64,000 nucleotides of DNA from Octopus vulgaris. Taxonomy: Eukaryota. Where the stretch lies: NCBI GenBank assembly GCA_951406725.2, contig OX597817.1, forward strand, positions 73,780,001-73,844,000, given 5' to 3'. The translations under genes were made by a program, and so were the position numbers. The notes under the pieces were generated by a model. That model made no database searches. It had not been told where the DNA came from and saw only the letters and a program-made list of their open reading frames with translations. Positions 1 through 11,847 of this stretch are shown here, piece by piece. Position 1 is the first letter of the stretch; each line of letters opens with the position of its first letter.

Positions 1-1473
1 TAATTCAGCCAGCTTTCCACTTTAGTTGATATTATAAATGACCATTTTAAACTTTACCAAAAGACCAAATGGAGCAATTATAAATAGAATCGAAGACAGT
101 ATACTAGCATCTGTTGTTAGAGTTGCTTAAGTCCTGGAAAATCTCGATTGATAAGATTTAATTACTCTTTCTAGTATGTCAAGATATATTCTTTTCTTTC
201 AAATTTTGGCAGATATGTTCCCTTGACGGTAGAGTAAAAGGCTTTGTGTTCATATGACCTGTGATGAAAGGCAATCCAGCTGTTCTCATTCCGTCTTTAT
301 AAGAGCTATATTATCTAGAATTGCATTATTTAAATATCAATGTAGAGTGACATAGCCATCTTAGACTGAAAGTGAACCATTGCCTGTTAGTAACTTATTA
401 CGTCCGAAAAGAATCATTTGTGATATTTATGCATTCTCCAGCACAACGATGCAAGGAAAATTAAATAAAGACTAACTAGGAATCGAAACAGGTGAGTTGA
501 CTTCGTCGTGTTAGTTTCCAATCAATGCATTGCTATGCTAATGACAAGGTGAGAGGTCTTAATTCTGAAACTATACTAAATAACTGAAATTTGTGCAAGG
601 GAAGTAATATCGAATATCTGACGTTTTACGAAGGGAATTGAGAAAATTAGGTGAGAGATTCGTGGGAAGTAGGCGCTTTTTAAATTTTTCCTCTTGACGA
701 CATGACATTCTCACGACATACTCCAGCGGCTGACCCACTGACATGCTATGTCACCTCTCTGTTGATCCTTGTAGCTAGCTAGTCTTGTCCTATCTCGGCT
801 CATTCATCTCTCCTTCTCTCATTACTGACGCTGCATCCGAACTCCCAAGGCTCTGCACTCACCTAACCATTATGTTCAGTCAGTTCCTTTCCAGTTGTCC
901 CTACTCATGATTGTTTTTTTTTCTTTTTCTGGTCCCGATTTATAAACAGCTTAAGCATGATGTTAACTACATCAATTTCACCGGGCTCAGAGGGACTATA
1001 AAACCCACATGAACTTTCCTTGCCTCTTGTCCTAAAAAGAAACTTGAACTTGTCACTGCAAGGCCAACATTACACTCGTCAATTTACATTGCTTCTTGTG
1101 CTATCAGTAATGTAGATTCTAGCTCGGTCATTGATAATAAAATTGTCTTCACTGCGGCCACAAAACAAATATCAGTCATAAGACGCGAACGTTCTTAGAT
1201 TTCGCTTAGTTTTCCAATATCTGATTCCGATATAGATTCAGCAATCTACGCCCTCCTTCACATGCTAGTAGACAGTGCTTGATACATACTTATAGTTTGT
1301 GACTCACTGTTTATTTGGATTTCTGGTCGAGTTCTTCGTTGTTGCGTATTTCAATCGTTTGATCTCTATTTCGACATTTAAGGAACGAACAATACGAAAC
1401 ACGCACGCGCGCGCGCGCGCACACACACACACACACACTTTATATGTGTGTGTATGTATACACATCACATACA

Positions 1474-1514
<41 letters not shown>

Positions 1515-2082
1515 TCTCTGCCCTTGCAGAGATAAATCGACTTATGGTCTCCTTATGTCTGAAATGAACATTCCCTAGACTAGTCTTAACTTTTCAGCAC
1601 AGTGTAGGTGTAGGTCACCATCTGGCTACTGGCTAGACGGAGCTGCAGCCGGCCGTATTGTTATCGTTCTGCTGCTATACTAGCTAAAAGGTCACCGGTA
1701 CGGTACGGTGCTGTGCTGCCTCTCCACAACTTACTTATCCACCACTCAGTCCATCTCCGCTGTAAATAGATACGATGGCTGTTAGGTATATTGCAGCACA
1801 CTGTATTACGGTACGGAGTGGAGAGAGAAACTACAATAGAATTTCGAGTGTTTTGTAAGTTTGCAAGCACTACTTTGGTTGTTGCTGTTGTTGTTTAGAG
1901 TGGATCAGTCTTGATTGGATTGATCTATAATCAAAGACATTCCAGTCATGACTATCCCTTCTTCCAGGTAGGTCGACTATGCGAAAGATTTCTCAACTGT
2001 TTATAACTGGGCTGATGTAGGTAAGGGGAAGTCGTTCTGGTGTAGTCATATTTCGAAGAAGATCAATGTAACTGAAAAATAT

Positions 2083-2467
2083 GGAAGCACTCCGTCGGTT
2101 ACGACGACGAGGGTTCCGGTTGATCCGAATCAACGGAACAGCCTGCTCGTGAAATTAACGTGTAAATGGCTGAGCACTTCACAGACACGTGTACCCTTAA
2201 CGTAGTTCTCGGGGATATTCAGCGTGACACAGAGAGTGACAAGGCCGGCCCTTTGAAATACAGGTACAACAGAAACAGGAAGTAAGAGTGAGAGAAAGTT
2301 GTGGTGAAAGAGTACAGCAGGGATCATCACCATCCCCTGCCGGAGCCTCGTGGAGCTTTAGGTGTTTTCGCTCAATAAACACTCACAACGCCCGGTCTGG
2401 GAATCGAAACCGCGATCCTATGACCGCGAGTGCGCTGCCCTAACCACTGGGCCATTGCGCCTCCACG
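2083..2467 (-). mobile_element. tRNA-derived SINE (Arg-like head), full length, with 12-bp target-site duplication
   Basis: Minus strand begins GTGGAGGCGCAATGGCCCAGTGGTTAGGGC (A box) and contains GGTTTCGATTCC (B box). Flanked by the direct repeat ACTGAAAAATAT at 2071-2082 and 2468-2479. Confidence 0.88.
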
Positions 2468-3375
2468 ACTGAAAAATATACAACAGGAAACGAATAAACA
2501 AAAGCAGCAACAACGATGATGATGACAACAACGACAATGACGTCAGCAACATGTGGTTTGAAAGACAAAAGCAAGCTGCATTAAGTACAAGTGTAATGAA
2601 TTAGACATCCGGTTTCAAACTACTCCGTTGTAGCAAGCTAATTTTGTTGCAAAAACATGAATTGCACAATACACATCGCCTTTATACTACTCCCCATTTT
2701 CATACATACTAATAATCTTAGGCTTCATGACTGCCTAGAGAAACCAATGAGACACCAACGCAATTTGCCTGTCAATTTGATAAAAAAATACATTTTGATT
2801 GAAAGAATCACAGCATGATACAATATCCTGAAATGGATATATACAAAGCTCATGTGTAACACACATTGGACTCAAATTATGTCTTGCATATCTAGACAAC
2901 GCTTTTACTACATACCAAACTGTTGAATGCATCCAAAACATGCTAAAATAAATGATACAAAAAACGCCCCGTGCAGCTGATTAACAAAGATTAGATTACT
3001 AATACTCTGCAAACACTGGCTTATAGACAAGCTGTCCTTCTTATGTATTATATCGTTGATAAAGCAGATTTTTCTTTCCCCAATTTGCAAGCTCCATATA
3101 AACTATACCTTTCTAGTTCAACTGATGTATCTGCTAGTCCAACAACTTGTTTTTCAGTATTTTTCAATACCATTGATTTTTTAGCAACTCAAACAGTTGT
3201 ACACTCATACAGCACGCGTTCAGTCTTGCTAGAGCCAACTTTATATCATTTTTCAAGTGTCAATTTGATAAATACCGGTTTAGTACTGGGTAGATTTTAC
3301 ATGGCTGTTCTCTACCCAAATCTTGTAGAATTTTGTCTGTGTTAATAATAATATTATATTTATTATCGTGTATAG

Positions 3376-3760
3376 GGCGGCGAACTGGCAGAAACGTTAG
3401 CACGCCGGGCGAAATGCGTAGCCGTATTTCGTCTGCCGTTACGCTCTGAGTTCAAATTCCGCCGAGGTCGTCTTTGCCTTTCATCCTTTCGGGATCGATT
3501 AAATAAGTACCAGTTACGCACTGGGGTCGATATAATCGATTTAATCCGTTTGTCTGTCTTTGTTTATCCTCTTTGTGTTTAGCCCCTTATGGGTAGTAAA
3601 GAAATAGGTATTTCGTCATGTCCTGTGTCGGGGCCGACTTCACCTTTCATACTCTGGAGGCAGAGTTCAATAAAATAAGCACTAGTCGAAAACTGGGGTC
3701 ACTGTAATCAACTTAACACCTCCTTCGAAACTGCTGGCCTTCTGCCAAAATTTGAAATTA
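3376..3760 (+). mobile_element. tRNA-derived SINE with Meta-domain-like centre, followed by a second partial copy
   Basis: GGCGGCGAACTGGCAGAAACGTTAG...GAGTTCAAATTCC (B box)...GCCTTTCATCCTTTCGGGATCGAT..AAGTACCAG. The same sequence recurs more than 10 times in the window. Confidence 0.8.
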
Positions 3761-4575
3761 CTATTATTATCATTATCGTTTGTGTTGGGTGTACGTCGTA
3801 GCGTCTCCCAAAGGTTTGTTGGATTTTATTGAAAATAATTTGTTTACAACTGTAAATTTTTGTTAAAACTGTAAATAAGGACCAAAATTTCATCGGGTGA
3901 AAATGTGGGGGTTTCGACATTGTTCCCTATCTGTTTGTGGTAGCAGGAATACTAATTATCAAAGATGACAAAGTGGTGGGGGCGACTCCATAGGCAGGCA
4001 ATCGCTAGTGGAATATTCATCGCCTTAGCTAGCGCGAGTGATAGCTCCGCCTTATTAGACCGCTTCAGTGAAGTACAGGCATCAGCGTAAATGCTGAACT
4101 GCAGCAAAGCATTGAGCTTGGCACTCTAACTGCTAAACCACTTTCCACCCACAAATTACATAGATATCGGTATCTATATGAAATATTGAAAATATGGGCA
4201 TATTTAAAAAAAAAAAGAAAAACAAACAAGCCATTTCAAAAAATAACATCTTTCTCCTAATTGATAAGAATTTCATTTTTACATAAATTTCAAGTAATGT
4301 GTTTGGAATTTGTTGATATATTTATTTATTGATATTTTTATTGGTTCACGTTAGACGGAGAATTTTATCTCAATAATAATTTGATGTCTTCTTCCATTTC
4401 TACCTCTCTCGTTTAAATATGAACGCGTGGTCACACACACACACACACACACGAATATGCGCACGCATACTCTTACTGATATGCAAAACAAAATATTACT
4501 ATAAAAACATACATCCGCCCTCAAATGTATAACTGTCTTGTCTGTGTGCCTGTGTGCGGGTAAACACACACGCAT

Positions 4576-4630
<55 letters not shown>

Positions 4631-4673
4631 TATACATACATACACACATACATATAAATACACATACATATAA

Positions 4674-4717
<44 letters not shown>

Positions 4718-5489
4718 TACTCATATGCATACATACACACATACACATACACACACATATATATATATGAATGCATGTATGTAAGTATATGGGTATAGTG
4801 CTCTATGATTAAGTGGTGCAATGAAAAGCTCCCGGTGTTCACCTGCGCCAAAAATACACGAATGTCAGCTCTGGGGAAACAACACACACAAGCAAATACA
4901 TGCACACACGTGCATGTATGCATACACACATATGCATGCACGCATATATATATATATATACACCCACATACCCACAGACGTATATGTGCCTGTATGTCTA
5001 CACACACACATTTAGACACGAAAGCGAATATAAGCATATTTAGATACATGCACGCTCACACACTCATGCGCAGACACACATATATAGAGATACTCGGCTG
5101 TTTTGTTGCTTTTTTAAATATTAGAAATGGAAACCATTTTCCGTTCCGTAATTAAATTTAGAAATACTTTAGCACCAAACATGATGAATCTGCTATTTAT
5201 ATACACGGTGTATACTTTAAAACGCACTGCCCTTGTGTCCTCACTCCACACCCACCCACCCACACACACACACGCATACGAATTATAATTATGTATGTTT
5301 CACACCTCCGCATGGAAAACAAGTCATGAAGAAAGTATATATATTTTGTATGTTTCAGTCCAAAAGCTCTATCCATGATGTAGCACTGCCAGTGTGATCA
5401 TCTTTTCGATGGCTATTTTCTCACGTTCTTTTCTTGTTATTTCGACGGCTATCTTCTTATGTTAGTGACTTTTGGTGAAGGAGAGAGTT

Positions 5490-5750
5490 TGACACTGTTA
5501 CCCCACTGTTCGACAAGGATGTATTCTCTTTCCAGTGTTTTTCAACATCTTTCTGGAAAACATCATGTAGGAGGTATTTGAAGACTTCCACTCCTGTTTC
5601 CATTGGAAGACGGCTCATTTTCAACCTGTGCTTTACTGACGATATTGATTTGTTAGGAAGCAGTGAAGCAGAAATACAGGAGCTCACCACTAGACTGGGA
5701 AAAATATCAGGATCATGCGAGATGGAGATCAGCCAAGAAAAGAGAAAGAT
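5490..5750 (+). pseudogene. RTE-clade LINE reverse-transcriptase fragment
   Basis: Translation gives VRQGC..P..FNIFLENIM, then (frameshifted) VSIGRRLIFNLCFTDDIDLLGSSEAEIQEL, matching the RT GVRQG and F(A)DD motifs. Confidence 0.75.
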
Positions 5751-5761
5751 ATATATATATC

Positions 5762-5797
5762 TTCATGATGGTGATAAGGATGATGATGAAATGTGTC

Positions 5798-5851
<54 letters not shown>

Positions 5852-5889
5852 CTCACACATTTCATCATCATCCTTATCACCATCATGAA
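5762..5889. repeat. Inverted repeat (~40-bp arms) around a (TG)n(TA)n core
   Basis: TTCATGATGGTGATAAGGATGATGATGAAATGTGT at 5762 is the reverse complement of ACACATTTCATCATCATCCTTATCACCATCATGAA ending at 5889. Confidence 0.9.
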
Positions 5890-5952
5890 TATATATATAT
5901 GTATGTGTGTGTGTATGTGTGTATGTGTGTATGTATATATATATATATATAG

Positions 5953-6957
5953 TTGAAATTTATAGAAAAACAAAAGACGAAGACAGGTGTATGAACAACA
6001 AGCAAGTGTATTAGTTAGACACTCAGGAAATTGAAAAAAGTCTTTTACATTTCGAGCTTACGCTCTTCGACGGAGAGGAATAAGAGAAAATAAAGAGAGA
6101 GAATGAAAAAACACATGTAGATTTCAGCGGGCCAATATGGCGAAGGACTGGAAAAAAAGAGGTTGAAAGGAAGGGAGTTAATAATAGTGCTTGTGATTCC
6201 AAGAAAAGGTGTGCGTGCATGCGTGCGTGTGTATGTGAGAATGGTGTGTGTGAGTGTATAAGTGTGTATGTGTGAACAGAGGCAGGTGACGTGTGTGATG
6301 TGTGTGTATATGTGTGTGTGCATTGTGTGTTGCAGTTGAAGGATGCTATTTCACGTGGTGTGTGCACATATGTTTGAGTGTGTGTTTGTGACTGTGACCA
6401 AACAGTGTGCATGTGTATGGTGTATGTGAGCGAAAGTTATCTCTGTCTATGTATGTTGCGTGTATATGTATATATTTTCTGTGTTCATGTATTATGTGCT
6501 TGTGTGGGTGTGAGAGTGTGCATGATGGTGAATGGTGTGTGTACTGAGTTAAACAGTGCGTGTGGCTGTTCATATAGTCGCATGTGTGGTAACGCTATTG
6601 AAAACTGTGTGGAGGGTGTGGATGCTGGGAAGTGGCCAGTGCTAGTATGAGTGGAGTGGTGTGAAGTTGGTATCAAATGAAGAGAGGAGGTGAGGTTGGT
6701 GTCAGATGAAGGGAGGAGGTAATTTGAACCCATGTGGTGCAAAGGAGCGAAGTGAGAAAATTAATCTCTATTCACAGTGAAGGTGGGAGTCCGGGTGGCC
6801 CCTTAGCAAAGACAGTCCGAACACAGATAGATGTAGTGAATGACCGGTAGAGTGAAAATGGCGAGAGACCGGGTGTCACTGCCGGGTCTGATGCTTCGGA
6901 GCTGCTCCGTGAATCGATCAGCCAAGCGGCGTCCCGTTTGTTCGATGTACTGGAAGG

Positions 6958-7012
<55 letters not shown>

Positions 7013-7700
7013 GGAGATGCAGTAAATAACATCGCTAGAAGTGCAGGTAAAGGAGACGGTGATGTGATAGGGACGATGAAGGGTGCCTGTGAGGATGGTG
7101 GTGATAGAGAGGTAGGGGAAGGTGCGATAGTGTGGGTGGGAGCAGGAGAACGAGCCAGGCTGGGAAGTGGGGCCAAGAGGTCACGCAGGTTATGGGCTCG
7201 TTTGAAGGAGGGAAGGGGTAGGTTGGGAAGATGTACGCAATGGAGGGTTCGGACTGGAGTCGCCGGAAGGCTCGAAGAATGGTGTGCCGGAGAGGCAAGG
7301 TGGAGGGATGGTAGGCGAAGGGAGATGGGCAACGGCGGGGCGGGTCCACAGATCGTGCCCAATGGTGAGAAGATATCCACGTAGGAGGAAATGGCGAGCC
7401 ATGAGTTGAGACTGAGGCTCAAAGTCATGGTTGTCATTGCAGAGCCTGCACAGACGGAGGAATTAGGAGTAGGGGATCGAGAGCTTGGTGTGGGTAGGGT
7501 GGGAGGAGAAGTTGAAGTAGGAGTGTGAGTCAGTGTGTTTGTTTGTAGTGGATGGAGGTAATGAGGGCGAAGTGGTGTATGCTGATAGAAATGTCGAGAA
7601 ATTCGACGGAAGAGTTAGAGATAGTGCAGGAAAATTCGAGAGCAGGATGAAAGGATTAGAAAAAAGTGAGGAAGGAGTCTAGTTGCTCGCGGGAGAGTGA
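5953..7700 (-). mobile_element. 5'-truncated, decayed Penelope-like element (RT C-terminus/thumb + GIY-YIG + 3' pLTR)
   Basis: Minus strand reads SFHPALEFSCTISNSSVEFLDISI, TDSHSYFNFSSSHPTHTKLSIPYS*FLRLCRLC and FTCTSSDVIYCISCA[(CT)n]...YIEQTGRRLADRF. The pLTR has a hammerhead-like motif at 6041-6078, and the 3' end abuts (TA)n. Confidence 0.85.
6041..6078 (-). ncRNA. Degenerate minimal type-I hammerhead ribozyme motif (PLE pLTR)
   Basis: Minus strand CCTCT-CCGTCGA-A-GAGC gtaa GCTC-GAAA-TG-TA-AAAGA. Homologous to the copies at 11720 and 44224. Confidence 0.55.
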
Positions 7701-8028
7701 TAAACTCTTCTATTTCGGGGATTTTACATATAGAAGTAGAATTTCAGTAACCGTCTTCGTAACTAGTCATTTCAAATACATTTCTAAAAAATGCTTCAAA
7801 TCAATATAGAGACATTCACTCTTATGGAATTTGACACTAAATCAACACTATCAAAAAAAGTGATTGACATGTTATCAACTCATATGTTCTCCTAAGGCTA
7901 AGATCTTGTCTCTATCTAGTCGTGTTCTGAGAATCAAAATTTCTTTCTTGTTTAAAAAGGAAATACAACTAGCACCGACGAGTTAAATGAGTGCAGTGTC
8001 TGAAGAATACTTATGGATGGTACACTTA

Positions 8029-8115
8029 ACACGTCAGCCAAGTATTACTCGTCAGCCGAGTATTACTCGTCAGCCGAGTATCACTCGTCAGCCGAGTATC
8101 ACACGTCAGCCGAGT
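8029..8115. repeat. 18-bp minisatellite, ~4.8 copies, each unit a small hairpin
   Basis: Unit AC(T/A)CGTCAGCCGAGTAT(T/C); ACTCG pairs with CGAGT around a TCAGC loop. Confidence 0.92.
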
Positions 8116-8373
8116 CCACTCTATTCGCAAGCGTTTGTGATATTTCTCTATTATGATGTTACCTTTCTCTGCCAGTTTTGGGGGCCGTGTAATGGATTAT
8201 GGTCATTGTCCTCTCATGAGCATGTAAGAAGAACAAGCGTGAGTTGTCAGGGAAAAGATGACAAAAGGTCTTGGCAGCACTGATTCTGACTCTTCAGTTC
8301 ATTATTACCATTACTAGAGAGATATTCTTGCAAACTTCTTTCAAGCTTCAGCAGATTGAGCTGGGTTCATCAA

Positions 8374-8432
<59 letters not shown>

Positions 8433-8630
8433 AATAGATGAGTGTATTTTTACCTTGTTAACAATTAACACGGAAAAAATAAATAAATAGTTACCAGGGC
8501 AGCAAAAATCTCACAAGTAAAGGTGTTGTAACTCCTTGTTTATAAAGGTAGAAACTTCGTGTTTACGTTGAATATTTTGAATAATATGAATAAAAAATGG
8601 AGTTAACGCAGGTGTAATCAAATATTTTTA

Positions 8631-8714
8631 CTTTCGACACATGTTTCGAAAATTCCACTGATACTATTCAAAAGAATAAACGGTATAAACAATGCAATCT
8701 TCTCCTCAGGAAAG
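8631..8714 (-). ncRNA. Type-I hammerhead ribozyme, canonical core, long stem II
   Basis: Minus strand CTTTC-CTGAGGA-[GAAGATTgCATTG...CAGTGgAATTTTC]-GAAA-CATGTG-TC-GAAAG. Stem I is CTTTC/GAAAG and the cleavage triplet is GUC. Confidence 0.82.
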
Positions 8715-9197
8715 GGAAAAAACGAAACTCGTCAATAAGACATTTTAGCAAAAAATGATGGATTTGTATAGCGATAGACAGAACGCTATTAATATTGTTT
8801 AAAATAACGTTATATGATATAATGTCATAAGTAGCTAACAGAAAGAGTAAGGATTTTAATAGTGAATGTTAAATATAAAGGAAATTAAAGTTTAAATTAT
8901 ATATAATGATAGAGACTACTTATATGCACTAAATGTATGTTTTTGCCAATGCTTACATCTGTATGCTCGCTCTATAACCGTGTTTACTAGAGTAATTTTA
9001 GAAAAAATAATGAAAAATAGCTCAGAATTACAGAGAAGACAGAATTTCTTGCCTTTGTCATATGGTATCGAAATTGAGAGGATCAACCAATCTAAATGAA
9101 ACGTTTTTTTAAACAATATTAATAGCGTTCTGTCTATCGCTATACAAATCCATCATTTTTTGCTAAAATGTCTTATTGACGAGTTTCGTTTTTTTCA

Positions 9198-9281
9198 CTT
9201 TCCTGAGGAGAAGATTGCATTGTTTATACCATTTATTCTTTTGAATAGTATCAGTGGAATTTTCGAAACATGTGTCAAAAG
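9198..9281 (+). ncRNA. Type-I hammerhead ribozyme, inverted copy of 8631-8714
   Basis: CTTTC-CTGAGGA-...-GAAA-CATGTG-TC-AAAAG. A G>A change breaks the first stem I pair. Confidence 0.72.
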
Positions 9282-9321
9282 TAAAAATATTTGATTACAC
9301 CTGCGTTAACTCCATTTTTTA

Positions 9322-9356
<35 letters not shown>

Positions 9357-10709
9357 TGACGCGAACGATGCAGCAGTAAATTCGCTGCTCAATTCGGTTC
9401 ACTTTCTACAAGTCGAATATGCAAATAGAAAAATTTGCAGAGAAAGACTGTTAGAACAATAACACCAACTCTACAAGAACAACAACAATATTTGCGACAA
9501 TAGTAAATAAAGTATTGCATATCATTATAGTCCAACAATGCAGAACAAGGGTACATATAGGGCAAATAACTTATGGCCTACGTCAAGACTTATGTACATA
9601 GTAAGAAGATATATAAAACGTGCAGCCTACCTCATGGTGTACTACAAAGATGCGTCCCCTTATTCCCTCTGTTTAACCTACTTGTACTATCTACATATTT
9701 TTCACCGAACATACACAAGCCATACATAGGATATGAGTGTAATGTTATAGAAAAACGCCATCGCAACCATATATTTTCATAATTCCCAGTCACATCAGCA
9801 TGATAACTGCAAAATTCTGTTATTCATATGGAATTGCGACCCCACAGAAATAGACTGCCAAAACACACCTACCATTTCCCCTTATGTCTTCTTATTAGCA
9901 GCACCAAAGAACGCGACATACAGCCAGTCATTACTCTTGTCAATAGAAACATACCACATTCATAAAACCTCCTCGACATTTACTGTACAAGTAAATAAAG
10001 TAAAATGCTGCCCAGACCCTTTGAGCACTCTCATGCATCACATTGGCTCAAAACAAATAAAATAGCAACCACACAATGTACTAGAGCTTATATACGCGTG
10101 TCAGTCCTGCCTATGCACACATTCATCCTATATAAATCCATACTGTCAACTCAACAAAATGAAACGCAAAATAAATCTTCTGGACATACAAAAAGAAAAA
10201 ACAGTTTTTCTCCTCAGCAAACCACATTTCTCACACAGACCAATGAGGGAGTCTATATATGATTGTATGTCTTGCTAAAAATAGTAGTTGAATCTATCAA
10301 ACCACATATTTATATATTTTTGTCTGGCAGGTATTGTGTTTGGAAACAAAATACCGCATTGTTTATGGCTGGAATATTTTTGATCACAGATCTGCTTGAT
10401 CAGGGTTGACATGAGACTAAAAAATACCCCAGCGAATTTCACCACCGCTACCATCACAAACAACAACATCAAGAAGAATAACAATCATCAAAGGCCTTGC
10501 TAAAAAATGAAAAACCACCCATAAATAGACACCTCTATGATCCTCTCCCCCAAACACTCCTCTTGCGTTATTCTAAAAACAGTCATTCTTCTTTCCACTC
10601 AGTTCAGCTACATCAATACATTCACTAAAGCTAAAATAGTGTGTTGGAATGTATGTACGCATTTTCAAGTCTGTGATTTTGTGCATGTCGTATTGAGGTG
10701 ATGCTGTAT

Positions 10710-10900
10710 ATTGGCAGGAATGGTAAGAACGACGAGCACAATGCTCCGCGGTTTTGGGTAAAGCTTGTCTTCTCGCTCTGAGTTCAAGTCCAGCAGAGAT
10801 CAACTTTAACTTCTATCCTTCCAGAGTAGATAAAATAAGATACCAGTCAAATACAAGTGCTGGTTTAATCTACTAAAACTCTTACCTACTAATTCAGTTG
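10710..10900 (+). mobile_element. Meta-type SINE, diverged
   Basis: TTGGCAGGAATGGTAAG...CTGAGTTCAAGTCC...CTTCTATCCTTCCAGAGTAGATAAAATAAGATACCAG, homologous to 3376. Confidence 0.65.
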
Positions 10901-10914
10901 TTGCTTATCTCATA

Positions 10915-11050
10915 TTTTATTTTTTCAGTCAGTGGACTGCAGCATGTCGAAGTATCACCTCGAAGAGTTTAGTCGAAGAAACCGACATCAGCACTTGCTT
11001 TAAATCTAATATTTACTCTATTAGTCTTTTTTTGCCGAACCGCTAAGTTC
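10915..11050 (-). mobile_element. 3' half of CORE-type SINE
   Basis: Reverse complement of CTTAGCGGTTCGGCAAAA...TTCGACTAAA...GCAGTC..TGACTGAAA, as in 33150-33300. Confidence 0.6.
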
Positions 11051-11254
11051 ATAAGATATTATATATTCTAGTTCAATCTCCCCCACCTCCTGAACTCAGG
11101 TTCTTTCAACCTCATAAGCTCTCTGTGCTTAGTTTACTCCCTATAAATTTCCTTTTGTCATTCATTTTCACTATATCTCTCCTTTTTCTCACTTTTATCT
11201 TCATCTTTCGACATACACACTCATACATACACACACTCACAAAAACATACATTA

Positions 11255-11310
<56 letters not shown>

Positions 11311-11314
<4 letters not shown>

Positions 11315-11610
11315 AGGCGCAATGGCCCAGTGGATAGAGCAGCGGACTCGCGGTTTCGATTCCTAGACTGGGCGTTGTGTGTGTTTACTGAGTGAAAACA
11401 CCTAAAAGCTCCTCGAGGCTCCAGTAGGAGGTGGAGGCGATCCCTGTTGTACTCTTTCGCCACAACTTTCTCTCACTCTCTCTTCCTGTTTCTTGTGTAA
11501 GGCTGAGATGGACTGGCGTCCCGTCCAGCTGGGGGGAACACATACGCCACAGAAACCGGGAAACCGGGCCCATGAGCCTGGCTAGGCTTGAAAAGGGTGA
11601 CGTTTATCGT
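11311..11610 (+). mobile_element. tRNA-derived SINE with the 2083-2467 head but a different tail
   Basis: GTGGAGGCGCAATGGCCCAGTGG...GGTTTCGATTCC...CACAACTTTCTCTCACTC is shared with 2083-2467. The tail GATGGACTGGCGTCCCGTCCAG...GAAACCGGG resembles 51791-52046. Confidence 0.82.
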
Positions 11611-11627
11611 TTATATATATGTATATA

Positions 11628-11815
11628 TAGGGAGAATTCACAAAAAAACCCAAAAGACGAAGACAGGTGGTGTAGACAACAAACAGATGTATTAGTATAA
11701 TGCTCGGGAAGTGAAAAAGTCTTTAACGTTTCGAGCGTACGCTCTTCTACAGAAAGAAACAAGGAGAGAAAATAAAGAATAAAGAATGTGTAGTGGCTAG
11801 CGATCTATCGTGGCG
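11628..11815 (-). mobile_element. Solo PLE pLTR (same family as 5953-6190 and 44159-44390)
   Basis: CAAAAGACGAAGACAGGTG...GTATTAGT...TCTTTAACGTTTCGAGCGTACGCTCTTC is shared among the three copies; flanked by TA-rich tracts. Confidence 0.8.
11720..11757 (-). ncRNA. Minimal type-I hammerhead motif, A6U core variant
   Basis: Minus strand TCTTT-CTGTAGA-A-GAGC gtac GCTC-GAAA-CG-TT-AAAGA. Stems I and II are perfect, and stem III is the palindrome AACGTT. Confidence 0.68.
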
Positions 11816-11847
11816 AATATATGTATGAATATATATATATATATATA

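Larger units (their letters stand above)
8430..9328 (-). mobile_element. PLE 3' fragment (endonuclease C-terminus, Naiad-like) with inverted pLTR copy, embedded in (TA)n
   Basis: Minus ORF 8916-9116 DWLILSISIPYDKGKKFCLLCNSELFFII..LVN..ERAYRCKH matches the W.I...PY....C.LC..E....N...E...C.H end of PLE GIY-YIG proteins. 8584-8811 and 9100-9328 are near-identical inverted arms, with (TA)n on both flanks. Confidence 0.8.

Noticed and set aside
1-480. piggyBac-like transposase remnant
   Set aside because: Only faint resemblance (KFWQIC) amid many stops, with no catalytic motif or TIR.
3979-4026. HDV-like ribozyme (GGGGCGA/TCGCCTT as P1)
   Set aside because: No P3/L3 with CC, no P1.1 GG and no J4/2 motif.
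8029-8115. CRISPR-like palindromic repeats
   Set aside because: Units are directly adjacent with no spacers, there are no cas genes, and the context is eukaryotic.
8720-8915. SECIS element in the 3' UTR of the Naiad-like fragment
   Set aside because: I could not build an AUGA...AA...GA stem-loop by eye, and the visible Cys codons are not TGA.
9480-9620. Decayed GIY-YIG (VLHIIIVQQCRTRVHIGQ)
   Set aside because: Both diagnostic tyrosines and one Cys are missing; too weak to call.
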